Positions 50,025 through 63,762 of a DNA stretch of 64,000 nucleotides are shown in pieces. Every line of letters begins with the position of its first letter. Position 1 is the stretch's first letter. The position numbers and the translations under genes are program-made. The notes beneath the pieces are model-generated. The model saw nothing but the letters and a program-made list of their open reading frames with translations, was not told the DNA's origin and searched no databases. Source of the DNA: Rhodosorus marinus CCMP1338 (lineage: Eukaryota > Plantae > Rhodophyta); contig JAMWBK010000009.1 in NCBI GenBank assembly GCA_029953675.1, positions 682,001-746,000 on the forward strand, in the 5' to 3' direction.

Positions 50025-52679
50025 TTGTTTTTTCCATTTGGTTGTTTTGATCCGTATTCCGTGCAATGTGATGTTTGCCTGCAAATTTATCTTCGCCAGA
50101 GCGACCTCATCAATGCATTGGGCTCGATCGTTTGCGATTGTATGAACGCGATGAAGCGAGGAGCTACCGTGGTTGGGAGATGGATGCTGCCAGCAGGATC
50201 CGACAAAAGAGGGACTCTCTTCCCGGACGATATCTCTAACCGCCGCTCGGTGCTGGTGTTTCTCGGGCGCAAGCTGTACAGATTGGACGCGGAAGGCGGA
50301 CTCTACTTACTATCCACCGTCGAAAGTGATATTCGTGCCATTGCGCATGAGAATGGACGGAACCTCTGGATAGCAATGGAAAGTGGTACCTGCGTTAAGG
50401 ATTCCATCAAGTCGCGGCCAGAGCAGATTTCGACTAGACTCGTATCATCCGGTAAGAGTGATTAAGCGCTGAGTCTTCACAGGGAAAACTTCGATCTCAT
50501 CGGCTTAGAACCTCTGCTGGTCCTCTAGGATCCGGCTCTCCTCCACAATCGAAACGAGTACGTCCAAATCTACGACCATCGCCATAGACACCAAAAAAAA
50601 AATTTCAGCAACTGACTCTTTTGGCAGGTTTCCTCAATCTTCTGGAGTCAGCGCGATGAGCAGCTCTTCGTCTACGGATCCGCACATTACAAAGTTGTTA
50701 ATTCCGACGGCATGTGCGTTGGCAGTGATGACGATGCACATACACAAGGCAAGTAGACCATAATGGCTCGTACTAGATGTAGAGTAGCCCAGCCCAAAGC
50801 ACTTTTTGCATGGGCTCTTGAGGTGTACTGCGTTCTCACTTGGACCACGCAAACGAATTCGGATCGTGTACGACAGATGTCTGTAGGACTCTGGCAGTGA
50901 GGACGAGTTGTTCGCTTCTGACTGAGGAGTCGGCGGCTAGGCTCTTTGAAAACGAAGACGAGGTGGACCTTATCGGTGACTTAGAAGGACGCGTATGGGC
51001 GCAGAACAAACGCGGGAGGAGGAGATTGGAAACTTTAGATCTGGGGGAACCAGTGCGACAGATTGTCGTTGGACGCGGCGTGGCTGTAATCGGATCATTG
51101 GGAACAGCAAAGCTCGCGGGTTCTAACGGAGTACGTAAACCAACCTGAGCTTTGGGTTACTGTATGTTTGTCGGCTTGTGTTTTCCCGCTCGTGCGCTGA
51201 ACCGCGTGTGGCCGCAGGTTGTCCGTTGCAGGGTCCCGCAGCCGAGCTCACTATCGCACGCTTTGCATCCTCCATCTGGAGGCTTTGCAGTGTCGATTGT
51301 TTCCAATCGCTACCTGTTCATTGTAAGTAGAGAGGTAGCAACGGGCCATTCCACTTTTCTTCGGCTTTCGTACCCATAGCTGAAGTGAAAGATGCAATTG
51401 GTTTGCACGCAGGTCAGCGATGAGGGCAAAGTTGGAAAAGTGAATACTCGACGGGGTGTCGATTCAGTTCTTCAGACATCAGAGGACGTCTACTTGCTGT
51501 ACAGCAGCGGGCATCTCGAGAAAATCGGGTGTGAAAGATTTTTCGCACCGATATCTCATCCAAGCAACACGAAGGGTAAGAAGGAGAGGGGGCTTGTTGA
51601 ATCGTGCAGGAAAAGGATCGTTTTCTCTGACAAAATCCGCTTTGATGGGAACTGGGCGTAGATGTGGCATTGTATAGAACTGGAGCCATCCTGGGGGCGA
51701 TTGAGAAGCTGACCGAGAAAGCGACTGAACTGGAGTCGGAAAACGGCAAATTGGTATCCTCTCTCTCTTCCATGAATTCTGCGGTACAACTGTTTTATAG
51801 CCGACCTCAATGTCCAGTCAAGCTCCGGATCCAGACGAGCTGCCTGACGAACTGCTTGGAGCCCAACCCGAACGTTGTAGTGCATCTTGCCCTGGAAAAC
51901 CGCAGCAACATTCGCATAGGAGGCAACGGCTGGTCTCTTGCACTATGTATAGCCACTGGACGGGTACTGAATGCCTCTCAGGTCGCTTCCCTTCTACTTT
52001 TTGAGCCAACGCGTTTTCTGTTCTGTTTGTTCAGGAGTCCAAATCTTGTAATTACCTACTGGAGACAACTGAACTTGAAGGGTCAGGTCCTGTACATATT
52101 GGCGACCTACCCATAAGATTGAAGAGCGCGGAAACGTCGGTTATTTCGTCCCAACTCGTTTTCAAGTTTACCGGAGCTGCCGGATCACGGCAGTATGAAC
52201 CAGTCGTCATCATGCTGGCCGAGGAGAATATGGACGCTCCCTTCCTATTTCGAGGAACTAGCATCAGCGAGAATCGCCAGGAGCGTGGGATCGAATCGCG
52301 CGCGGTGATCCATTTCCACGCGGAATTGAGTAGGTCGTGCTCACAGGCATGCACACTAGTTGATGGAGACGCTGATCTCTTCCGTTTCCGGTCCGCGCAC
52401 TTGTGCCTCTCAACAGGCACCGATCTGCGAAAATTTGTTCAGGAAGCCATGAAGCCTCTAGTCTCCACTCAGGCGGTGGGAGATCATCAGGAACTGGAGT
52501 TTTTCGGCTTGGACGGAAAGTTGCTCAAATTCGACCTGAAGTACTCTGCGTCCGACAGCAAGCGTCACTGTGAGGTTACAGCTCGTGGAGAGCTCTCTAT
52601 GGTTGCTGCGTTGAGAGCAGCCATCATACGCCGAATGATGGCAAATCCAAGGTACGTCCGGAATTTTTGGATTGAGTGA
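50025..52679 (+). CDS. Multi-exon protein, tentatively FAAP100-like; start uncertain
   Basis: A chain of plus-strand exons. LGAIEKLTEKATELESENGKLVSSLSSMNSAVQL..LALENRSNIRIGGNGWSLALCI recalls the FAAP100 coiled-coil and LENxS..GWTL segment (from memory, not searched). Confidence 0.35.
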
Positions 52680-54871
52680 TCCTCTACTACCGCTAACGAC
52701 TGTGGCCTTCTGTGGAACGCTTTCTGGTAGGGTCAAGGCCAACTTTCGCGACCAGACTAATGGCAGATCGTGGGTGGACACCAGCAGCGTCCTACAACAG
52801 TCCATAGCAGATCTGTGGGCCATAGAAAAGGAGTCCGCCAGCGGCATGTAAGAGCTCCGAGATTAGTTGTGGCGACTTCGTTTTCCAAAAAAAAATACTC
52901 ACAGGATTGCCCATTTTGTCTCGTTGCAGGACAGCAGCGATTAAGGATGAGGCCGAAACAGTTGCTGCGGTGAAGACGAAACTAGTAGCCGCGTACACGG
53001 ACGCTAGGAATACCCGGGATTGTGTATTTGAAGTTCTCAATAATTGTACAGATAACTGTTGAGAATAGGCTAGTAAAAGCGACTAGAGCTGATCGGCCGA
53101 ACTAATCTTCATGCGGGAGCTGATCTCGAGAAATGCCTGATGCTTCGAGTGCCCCAATTCTTCCATTTGCTCATCTTTGCTTTGTTGCCGAATCCTGCAT
53201 TTGTAAGAGTCCATTGCCAAGCGTATTGGGCTCTCCAAAACATCTCAGCCCTGCTATGCATGTTACACATGTGGGTGCAGCTTCACGAGGAACCCGTCGG
53301 TGTAAAATTGGACATGGTAGCCAGCTCTCCAACACCGGAACGCCACAGACCATGGTCGGCGTCCCAGTGAAGAATGCTTCCCCATCTATGAAAAGGTCAC
53401 GAGCTCATCTGTGGTCGTCTGCCATATCTGTTTGGCAAGAGCTAATTGAGCTCTGAGGAGAGTCCATCTACATCCATGAAACAAACTAGTACCCGTGGCC
53501 CCAGAACAGCGTTTCATGATCGCAGTTCAAGTCCCGCGGATGAGTTCTTTCCAATGGCTCCCACAGCTCTCATGCAATGACTCTACGATTCTATATATAC
53601 CGAAGCATTCAGAACTCATAACACAAAGAGTTTGTTTGGTGTTTTTTTTTCCGTTCCAGCCAGAAAAGTTTAGGAAAGGCACTCGACTATGATCATCGGC
53701 TTTTCAGCTACAATCACACAGCAGGTTGGTACGAACGGTCTAGATCTCCGCCACTTCGGACGACCCACGACTAGTCGTACTGTAAATGATGCAGCTGACA
53801 ACGTTCGCAGTGAACGAAGTTAACAAACACCGGACTTTATCCCCCATGGCTTTCGAACCATACAGCGAATTGAACAGCACAGACAATGACAGTGAGCTGT
53901 TCACCACCCACCGAGTATAGGGGATGCCGCAACCACAAGCTCAGGAGAACGGGGCGGGGCGGTGGAGAGGGGGAAGCACCAGCTTCGGTCGTGCAGTTCG
54001 TAGCTACCAGAGTGCCAGTAGCTTTTCTACTTGATAGCGTTCAAGGATGAGCAAGGAGTCACCCCTTTCTCACAAACCCAGAACACCCCACTCCGGGGCG
54101 GGTTAGTTTTTCTACGAAAACCCTAGTTGCTCGTCCTGGAAATGTGAGGATTTTCAGGGTGAAGTGTGACTCTCTTTGTTAATTCCGAAGAGATTTTGGC
54201 TTGTCCCTGTTCCTTCCGCTTTGGAAGAGAGTCGTGAGATGAGTTAGTTTCAGTTGAAGACTTTTTTTGTTGTGGTGGATGATGACATAGCTGAAATGGG
54301 ATTGTCATGCACTGAGTTGGGGAACGGGAATGGGGATGGTGCTGGGGAGGAAGGGTGGTCCAGTGTAATTGGTTTGGTGTGGGGCTAGCGAGGTTCGTTT
54401 TAGGATAATTGGTTGAAAGGAGAGGGGAAGGTCAGTATAGGGAAGAAGGGAGGGGTAGTGGGTTTGAAGTGAGGACGGAGGAGTTGAGTCGGTAGCTTCT
54501 GGAGAGAGCTTTTGTTTTTGTTTTTTGTTGTTTTTTTGTCATTTGGGTGGGGGCGGGAGGAGCAGGGGGAAGGACTGAGAGGGTGCGGTGAAGAACGGTT
54601 TTCTGGGGGAGGTTCTTTTTGTTCTGGGTGGGTATGTAACTAGGGCGCTATGGCTAGCATGCCTTTTCCCATTCAGGCGAGTATGGTGGTCGGCGGTATG
54701 GTATGTATTTGTATTCGCTTTCTGATCTTTTTGTTCTCTCTCTCTCTTTTGAGGATGTAGACTGAAGAAGGCATGGTTTGTTCGTTGTGTTTGCTGTTTT
54801 AGGTGTTTCTCGTAGTCTGGCGACTTGGAGTCAGAAGAGCATGGAGGAGAGAACGGGAACGGGAGAGAAGA

Positions 54872-55322
54872 ATGCTTCTGCACTTGGACAAGTTTGCGCC
54901 GTTGCTTGACGAGGATGGGTCTGAAGTGGAATTAGCAGATGGTGATTGCTGTATATGTCTGAGTGGTGGTGGTGGGAAACCAGTGAGGAAGATTCTCTGT
55001 GGCCATAGTTTCCATGCGTAAGTCAATACCCGAAAGTTTTCTAGCGACTGCGTTTACTGGTGGTTGATTCTGATTCTTGTTGTCCATATTCAGCCGTTGC
55101 TTGGAACGATGGGTCCAATACTCAGTCGAGAGATATCTCGACATACGATCGTTTGTGAGGTCTCCGCCGAGTGGATTCCTCGTCCCAGGGTCGGCTTGGC
55201 CAAGCTGCCCTTTATGTAAGAAAGTTTTACCCGTGATTGACGAGGCAGACATCAAAGAGGCCGTTTCTGCTGCGATTCATTTTCACAGCGCGTATCCTAC
55301 AAGAATCGCACTGCTTCATTGA
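54872..55322 (+). CDS. RING-H2 (C3H2C3) zinc-finger protein
   Basis: CCIC..CGHSFHARC LERW..CPLC after removing the 76-bp intron 55018-55093 (GTAAGT..CAG). Confidence 0.85.
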
Positions 55323-58300
55323 GTCGAGTTGAGCTCATCTTTGCCGGAATCGTTCCTCCCTAAATATAAAACATGCGGACGAGACCTTGCCAAAACTCCG
55401 ACCGGTTACGCATCTATTTCTTTTTTGTGAAGTATTATTCGACCGATGTCATAAGATATATTTGCTCACTCATTCGATAAAACATGACATTCGGTGTGTT
55501 CAGAGGTGTGGTTTTCGGGCGGCATGGCTTTTCCAAGGCAGTGTCCAACGTTCTGTTCCTTCGGTTCGCTCCTCAGTGAAGACAAAACAGGTTTGATAGC
55601 TCTTTCTTCTTGTCGCGGAACACGTTCAGTTCCATCGTTTGGGGAGGAAGTTTACCAAGTATCAGTATTTCCTACAACTTCCAGGCTTCTGGAGAATTCG
55701 TAGTACCAACCTGGCTACATTTTAGAGCTTCCAGAAGCACTCGTTCTGAATGTTGTTGTGGACGAACGCTTCCTACCATGAGGAACTCCAATTATGACCG
55801 ACCCCCTCGACAATGCTGTCGCGAGGAGATGCGAACAGATGAAGAAACCTGCTTCGAGAAGTCAGTTCTATGGCCAAGACTAGTTCATCACAGAGGGGCT
55901 TCCAACGCCAGGTCTCCGGAGCGAAAAAGCCCAAAAGGCGTCATTAGCTGCCGGCGTTACTGGTCTGCAAGCAGTCCGCACTTTTGTCCCCTTTGCCGTC
56001 CGTGGACCAACGGGGGGTAGTAACCTACTTTCCCAGTGAGAGCAATTTGCTATATGCCGCGGCACAACCATCGTTGCACCGCTTCACCTCGTAGCGTGGT
56101 CTGCCACGGTTGGGGTAGGAGACTTCAAATTGCAAAGGACTTTGGGAACCTCAATGTTCGCAGCTCGAGTGACCCAGATGTGCAATTACCGTGTTTGCTC
56201 AGTGGTCTGCGACTGATGGGCGATACCAAGCTCTGTGTTAGGGCTGTATTTGATTTCGGAAATCGCGAGGGCAATCTTTGCCGAGCAATGTGCAAAAAAA
56301 AAACATCGAGCGGGAAGTCTCATCAAGTCTTTTGAACTACCCTTTTATTTGTGTGACAAAACCATCTTCGCCAGCTGCTGGAGTCGAACCAGCGATAGCA
56401 AGGCCCGCAAACGCCTTGCCTGCGCCACGCAAAAGCTAGCAGGGGAAGCAAAAACAATGCGAAGAAAAACAGGCATTACCCCAAAATCCAGTCAAACAAA
56501 TAAAAAGAATCATTTTACAAATAAATTAAAAAATCAAGCGGAAAGCAATGACAGGCGAGAGGGTTGGAGGAATTTGTGCTTACTGAATTCAACTTATCTC
56601 GTCAACTTCAGCTCACACCATCTCTCCATGCGATCATCGTCAATACAAATCAAGCTCCCTCAGCACAGCACAATCAACAGGAAACAATTCATTAACTCAA
56701 GAACGCGGGATCATCGGCAACAATCAACTGTCACAATTCACACGCGACACCACTCCATGCAGGCAACACAATCCTTCTTAAACCCAAATAGTAACAATGG
56801 CAACATTTCAACCAAGCTCGAAGACGCAAATCACGATCGACTCCATTCATCCATCTAGCTGTGTGCTTTTCGGCTCTAGGCCCTGGCGTAACTCTGGTCT
56901 GTGGATCTGCTCCTAACTGCTGCTACTCGTGGGCGCTGAACCTCCGGATACTGGGTGCTGGTGACTGGTAACTGTTTTCGACTCTATTCCCCTGTGTCGT
57001 AGATCTGGCACTGTTGCTTGTGGGACTGTGTTCAGGCTGGACTAACCTCCCTCGTCTGGTTCTCCTATGGCCGCTGTTCCTTCATGTCTATGCTCCTGCA
57101 ACAAAAGTACTGATGCTTTGTGGTGGTTGGACGATGTATCAAGCCGGACTAATCGCGCTTCCGCGGCCACTCTCCTGGGCCAAACGCCTGCTCTGTCGAC
57201 CGTGTGTTGAACGCGTGAATTCTACTCCTTCCATGGGCGATGTTAAGCAAAGTTGTGTGTGGGCTGCTAGTGCGTTTTCCTGCGGAACAGTCAAACAAAC
57301 ACAGACGATCGTTCTCCACCATCCCATCCTTCTACCCCTGCAAAAATACTTGAATACCTTATTCTGGCCCTCCAGCTACCTCCCTCTGATCCGACGCAAT
57401 TCCCTTGTATGGTCTGTACTCCATGGACGTTCGCATTCTACTGCACCTCGCGGTGGTCCTGTTTGAGCCTCGTAGGGCGTTCTGCTTTTGACATATGCAC
57501 TTCTCCTGCTGACGTGTTACGAGTTACGAGCATTTCCCTTCTCACCGGGGCTTCGGCGCTATGATATTGTGTGTGTCCATGTCCAGTCCTCCTCTCTCTC
57601 TCTCTCTCTCTCTCTCTACATGTCTCCATAAACTTATGTGCACGGCTGTAGCCTATGTGATGACGGCAATGCCTTGGTTCCTTTGACTATAAACACGATG
57701 ACGACTTTCGACAAAAAGCTCTCCTAGCCCTGTTTGGTATTTGCACGACGAAAAGCTGGAATCCACTTATGGCGAATGCATCTACTGGGTGCTTACTGTC
57801 CATCTCTCCCTCTCACTCTCTTCATGTTGCTCGCTGTGTCGCGCTCCCACTCTCTCTCTCTCTCTCTCCCTCTCTCGCTCTCCTGCGTATTGCCTACATT
57901 CGGACAATCGAATATTGCGGATTATGTTTCTTGCGGCCTGTCTACCTTAATAGCTGTGATCTCTGACGTCTCCCCCCCTCATGACCAAACTCCCCTCCGA
58001 GCGCTAAGTGACAAATTCCTAAGTGCGACTGCAGCAGTAGAAGAAAACCAAAAGGAAAACACTGTCTCCTCTCCTAGACTCAAAACGTAAACACAGACTC
58101 ACTGGTACTCGATGCAAAAACAAAAAAAAACAACCTTCGGCACTTCACGCAACGGCAACAACGGTGGGTACCCTTCAACCTCTACTGACTCACCAACGAG
58201 TAAAGCAGGGCGTCAGACGTTGACGAACCTAAGGCACAACGAAAAATCCTCCCCTCATCTGCCCTAAACTCTCCGCCTCCCACCAGCTTTTAGCTTCCAG

Positions 58301-60039
58301 CATAGCTCCATATTTATACCCTCACAGAAAGAGAGGAAAGTCCACCAGTTAGGAAAGGAGAGAAAAGGCCGCGCCTGCTATCAGCAATAGGCTCCAGAAA
58401 AACAATGATTATTCTAGTCTTTTCTATATTTAACTGCTGCGTGATATGTGTGCTGAGGGGTTACACCGCTCAGCACATATACGCTTAGGCGAATCTTACA
58501 CATTCGGTACAGACAAATTATATCCACCCCTTTGCGAAAAACGTACGGAATTGGGCGATAGTGTTTCTAGACCGAACCTTTCTTTCTAACAATATACTAG
58601 GTAAAATAAACATAATTATATTCCAATTCTAACGCGTCAACTATTTATATAGGTTTAAGCGGTATACCCATTGCTTGTCGGATTTCGATTGGTACCTCGG
58701 ATTTACACCTACGCCCCCTCCCCCCGTTCCCGTTCACCCGCCCAGAGTGCTTGTGAAAAGATACAGAAAGAGGATTCGATTGAAAAGACCAACCCCTAAA
58801 GTATTCGAAAGCTATCCTAAACTCCCTGGAAATATTCCGGAAAAAGTACAGTTTGGTTGAACGGAAGCGTTTCCTAACTTCAGACTAAGGGGTAACTTGG
58901 AACAACTAGTGCTGAAAGAAAAGGAAATTGGGCTACTTTGGCCCCACGTCAGCTTACACGCCACTCTACGTTGTACCCCTCCAAAAAAATTCGTCTAAAT
59001 GATTGATGTTTCATTCAAAGATGATTGATCCCCGCTGTTTGCCCCAAGGGCTAGGGCGATTGTCAGGCGAAAACGTTGAATTCCTTATTTTTTGATGGGG
59101 TCCTAGGTCCTAATTCGTGAATAGATTTTAATACTATTTTGATTGTAACAGCTGTCGCTCGACTATTCGCGCTGGGAATTTTGGTCCTTGTCATTGAAAT
59201 AGATTACTATAAAACTCTGGAGCAGAGTAGCACAAACCGATTAGTAAAAATCGCCGAAAATGAGTTTCATGAGCAAAATAAGCGGTTATCGAGAGCTCGT
59301 GAAATTATGCTCATGTGAGAGGTTTTTTGTCAGTTCCTCTTGGCTAGTTAAGAAATAGCTGGGAATTTTTTTCCTTCTCTGTCGCGAGCAGCCTATATGT
59401 AAGAAAGAGGTTTAGGGATTGCGACAGTTTTTGGATGAAATTTCTATTTTAGAATGATTAGGATTGTCTTTTCATAGATTCGGGAGATATACGCATCTAA
59501 ATGTCATTAATAATAGAGGATTTTCATTTTCTAGAGAAGTGAAGACCTACACTGCCGCTCTCAGAAGCTGTGTGTTGAACTGCCTTCAACGTCCAACGAA
59601 GAACGAGGTGTAAGTCATGAGGATGTGTAAATACAACTTCAATGTTGAAGCTGATCTACAAGTGAGGGAGCCACCAATCGCAACTACTTACGGAGCCTGG
59701 CCTCACTGACAACGAATTGGACGAATTAGTCCGGGAGATCTGCTGGAGTTTCAGGGAGGAGAACAGACATCAATCGTCGATGCTGATGAGGGGCTGTTCT
59801 CCTCCACGTCGGCAATCCGTGAACCCAGGAAGCGACATTGCTCCTATTCTTCCAATTGAAGAGGACCAGCAGCATCAGTTTTTACAGTTCATCACCTGGC
59901 GAGCTTCTTAGCTTTTGAGAAGCGCTGGTTCCTTTTGTTGAGCAGATCTCAGTCTATAGCACTCAAAGCCCTCTAGGATAGAACAAAAAATTTCCTCCTC
60001 GGGGAGAACCTCGCCTCGGGACTAAATCGATCCGAAACC

Positions 60040-60680
60040 CATCAGGCCAAAGGACAGAGCCTCGAAGCTATGGGGGAGCAAAGGACAGATTCACGAACAG
60101 TAAACAAGGAAACGGAAACAGATCCTGAGAGCAGAACTAGCTCGTACAATTCAGACACCTGAAACGTCAAGGCACTCTCTCAAACGCAGCGCGGGAGCTG
60201 CGAACCACGCTCTCATCTTTGACTGACTCTCGCCGATTCCATATCCAAAAATCCATGGGAACCAAGGGCAGAGCCTTAAACGGAAAGAGCAAACCACGAG
60301 TATACGAGTCTCTAGTGAAAGCAAAACTCTGATAAACAACTCAACGGCCGCAACCAGAAAACATGTAGGTCTCTACTATGCGGTAGAGCAAACCCTCGAA
60401 ATTCCCGACGAAAATCGATAGGGACAAAACAACAAACACTGAAATGCAAAGAGAGAAAATAACTAGACACGAGTATACGAGTGAGTCACTCATGAAAGCA
60501 AAGCAAAGGCTCGGTCAAAGAATCTCCACGAACCTAACGAGATAACGTACGGCTGTACTGTCCGATATGGCTACGCTCTCATTCTCTGGACCCTCCCGGA
60601 CCCTAATCGACGTTTCGCAAAATCGATGGGGACAAAAGGACAGAGCCTCAAAAACAGTATGAAAGAGACGAACGGATTTT
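60040..60680 (+). repeat. Degenerate repeat array upstream of RPN12
   Basis: Recurrent AAAATCSATRGGRAC.AA, AAAGGACAGAGCCT and CACGAGTATACGAGT (60295 and 60468). Confidence 0.6.
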
Positions 60681-60885
60681 GCTTCAGGGGAAATGGCGGG
60701 AGAGATTGGTTTGGAGAGGCAATATTGTTATCTTTGTTCTGTGGAGGGTAGAAGAGCGGAGTAAGCTGTTTTTGGTTAGTTTAAGAACGGAGGAAAGGCT
60801 TGGCTCCCTTTGTTCTTCTGTGTTTCTTTTTTGTCGGAAGTAGTTGAAGAGAGTTTGGTTGAGGAGATCTTGCGGAGGAAGAACG

Positions 60886-62546
60886 ATGGGGGATATAGCC
60901 GGGATTCAATCGATGGTTGCTGATTTGACGAAGATGGTGGATGGTCCTCATCCCGATCTGAGCAAGTGTAAGGACCTTGTGAATAAAGTGAAGGTAAGAT
61001 CACTTGTTTCTCCTTCTTTTGTGAGGGTCGGTTGGTCTTCAAAGGTTGCGATTTCGTATCTAAACCACAGGCTTTTTTGGCGTTTTGTACTTTATCTGGG
61101 TTAGATTGAACTAGTTAAGTGTCCAGAATTCCAGCCTGGAGCGTATTTGGATAATTCAGAGAGCAATAAGTAAGTGTGAGAAATCCATGCTTTACTGCTT
61201 GGCAAGGTGGAGAAGCGATGGGCTTGCTGAATGTCAATGTTCTTTTCCTTCTGCTCTTACCCCCATCTGATTTTCTGTTAGGCCGTTGATACTTGCTCGA
61301 CAAACCTACGAGAAAGCAGCCGGGCTTAGCATTTTGTGCCAGGTATGTGTGTTGCCCTACCACCCACAATATACGGCACGGGTGGGAACCTTGTGGGTTT
61401 ACGCTACTTATCGTTTGAACTTTTCTCCTCTGAAAAAATACACGAAACAACAAACACAGGATATTGATGGGTTTTATAGAAATGTCGCCCTCTTGAAAGA
61501 CTTCTACTTTGATTACTCGTAAGCGAGATTCCGGCCCTTGGCTTGAGACATTCCGGCTTAGCTCACTGAGGCTCTAATTGCAATCGACCCTCGCTTCCGT
61601 GTCCCCTCTGCAGTTCTATTTTGCCTCCTTCTGAGTCGGAAACCTTAGTAATCGCGCTTCAGCTTCTCCTGCTGTTGGCGGAAAATCAAGTCGCAAAGTT
61701 TCACACTGAATTGGAGCTTATTCCGGAGGTACGTGTAGAAACACGTTCAGGGTTTTTCTAATGGGCAAAGCTTTACAGCGCTTACCAAGTGACCTATACC
61801 CCGGTTGCAGGAACTACGAGACAATGTTTACGTAAGGTTTCCTATTGAGCTCGAGCAGTTCCTTACTGAAGGTTCATATTCCGAGCTGCTCGCCGCAAAA
61901 GATCGTAAGCCATGCAATCGGACCAAACCCACTTGCGCGTTGGGTCAATACTAACGACGGAATTCTGCATTTTGCGATTATCCTCTGTAGACATTCCTGA
62001 GAAGTCGTTTGCCTACTTTATGAACCTGTTGATGGAGACCGTTAGAGATGAAGTTGCTAAGAGTTGTGAGAGGTGAGCACTAGGTTGCAAGATCATATCC
62101 GTCTGACTAGTGCGTAAAAAATTGTTCTTCTGTTTCTACTCCAGATGCTAACGTGCGATGCGCTCCCTTTGTGTCTCAAAAAATAGTGCCTTTGACGAGC
62201 TGACCTACGCAGCTGCTCAGAAAATGCTGAATCTCGGTATGCACTAGCTGCCAACAAAAGCATGGAAATGTATTGCTCGTGATCGGGGCTTCGCAGTTCC
62301 TGGCAGCTGGGCTGATCTTAAATGCGCTGCTTTCGTACTAATGGGTGTCTTGTTTCTGTCTTCCCAGACTCTGTCACTGAGCTCGAGCAGTACAGCATGG
62401 ATAGAGGTTGGATCCTCGAGAACTCAACGATACGGTTCGTGAAGGATGTGGAGGGTCTTAAAGACGATAGGAAGATCGAGAAATCAGTTTTTGAGATGAT
62501 AGATCGGTCTTTGCATTATGCCGTTGAGCTCGAACGGATTGTGTAG
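60886..62546 (+). CDS. RPN12: 26S proteasome lid subunit RPN12/PSMD8 (multi-exon)
   Basis: LARQTYEKAA, DIDGFYRNVALLKDFYFDY, LLAENQVAKFHTELE, PIELEQFLTEGSY, FAYFMNLLMETVRDE and LHYAVELERIV*. Confidence 0.93.
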
Positions 62547-62808
62547 CTGTCACAACTCCAAAATCAATTGTGTCAAGGGGAAAACAAACAAAATCCAAGA
62601 AAAAGGGGGCCCCATGTCTTTCTTCAAGCGGTTACTCTCTGCAAGCCTTCGCTTGCGGTTTTACGATTAGTACCGAAAAACTAGATAATTAAGTATATAC
62701 GGTCTGGCTAACTAGCCGCAGACAGAAAATAATCCATGTACACAACCACTGCCTACGTTGACGTCGTACGCCACAAAACATGCCTGGCGATTCTCGAGAG
62801 ATCATAGA

Positions 62809-63762
62809 CTATAACTCTCCGTTGGGGGTTGAACTATACCTGGTCCGTCCATTCAAGATCGCGCTCAAGCTTGACACCGGCTGGTTCCCCCTTGAAGCTT
62901 CCCTTTCCCTAAGCTTTTGCGGACTGTAGGCACTTCCCATGGGAGACGGTATAGGCGAAAAATTCACATACGGCGATATCAAACCTGCATGCCGTGGGGT
63001 CAGATAATTCGCGGACAAAACTCCAGTGCCCACAAGACCGGGTCGCCCGCTTTCTGGAGGAATTCTGTCCATGGAGCGAAGCAGTGAAAAATTCCTGGAG
63101 GCGAGGCCCGTTTGGCTTCTTGGTCGTGGCTCCAAGTTAATCTCAAGCTCATGACTTTCCTGTTGGGCGTTGCCTTGTACAACACTCGGAATCGTGAAAC
63201 TTCTCGATTGGTCTTTCATGCTAGGCAATGGGGGAAGGAATTCTGGCTCGGCTTCGTTGCCCGCTTTGATATCACCGTCTCGCTGAATTTCTGCACTCAC
63301 AGACGGCAATGAATTGCTGCCAATCGATGCTGGTGGTTCGAAAAGCGGTTCCCTTACCAAGGTACTATCTGCGACGGAAGTAGCGCGAACTTCGCCGGCA
63401 GCTACTGGATCAGCGAACGCAGGCCGGTCTCCACGAGGGTTTCCTCTCTCATCCTCATAATCGTTCGTGGCCACCGGGGTCCTTCCGTGTGAATATTGTT
63501 CCTCTGCTTGATCTGAACTTCCTCCCTTGTGACCATTCGCCTCGTGAAATGTCAACGAGGACTTCCACATAAACTTTCTCTTGCATCCTTGAACTGAACA
63601 CTTGTAAGGCATTTCGCCCGTATGCTTCCTCACATGAATCTTACAGTTTGCCTTTTTGTTGAACATACGTCCGCAAAAAGGGCATTTGAAGTTCAAAACG
63701 CCGTTCACGCTCATCACCACCGGGTCATCACCACTCGTCGACTTTGAAGCCGGTCTACCCAT
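62809..63762 (-). CDS. C2H2 zinc-finger transcription factor (two fingers, intronless)
   Basis: CPFC..HVRKH, TGEMPY linker and CSVQGC..HEANGH. First ATG at 63762. Confidence 0.9.
   Translation of the reverse strand: MGRPASKSTSGDDPVVMSVNGVLNFKCPFCGRMFNKKANCKIHVRKHTGEMPYKCSVQGCKRKFMWKSSLTFHEANGHKGGSSDQAEEQYSHGRTPVATNDYEDERGNPRGDRPAFADPVAAGEVRATSVADSTLVREPLFEPPASIGSNSLPSVSAEIQRDGDIKAGNEAEPEFLPPLPSMKDQSRSFTIPSVVQGNAQQESHELEINLEPRPRSQTGLASRNFSLLRSMDRIPPESGRPGLVGTGVLSANYLTPRHAGLISPYVNFSPIPSPMGSAYSPQKLREREASRGNQPVSSLSAILNGRTRYSSTPNGEL

Noticed and set aside
55600-57650. Short ORFs at 55.6-57.6 kb (also 10.5-11.1 and 52.8-54.0 kb)
   Set aside because: They may be spliced genes, but I could not assign a strand, exon chain or family with any confidence.
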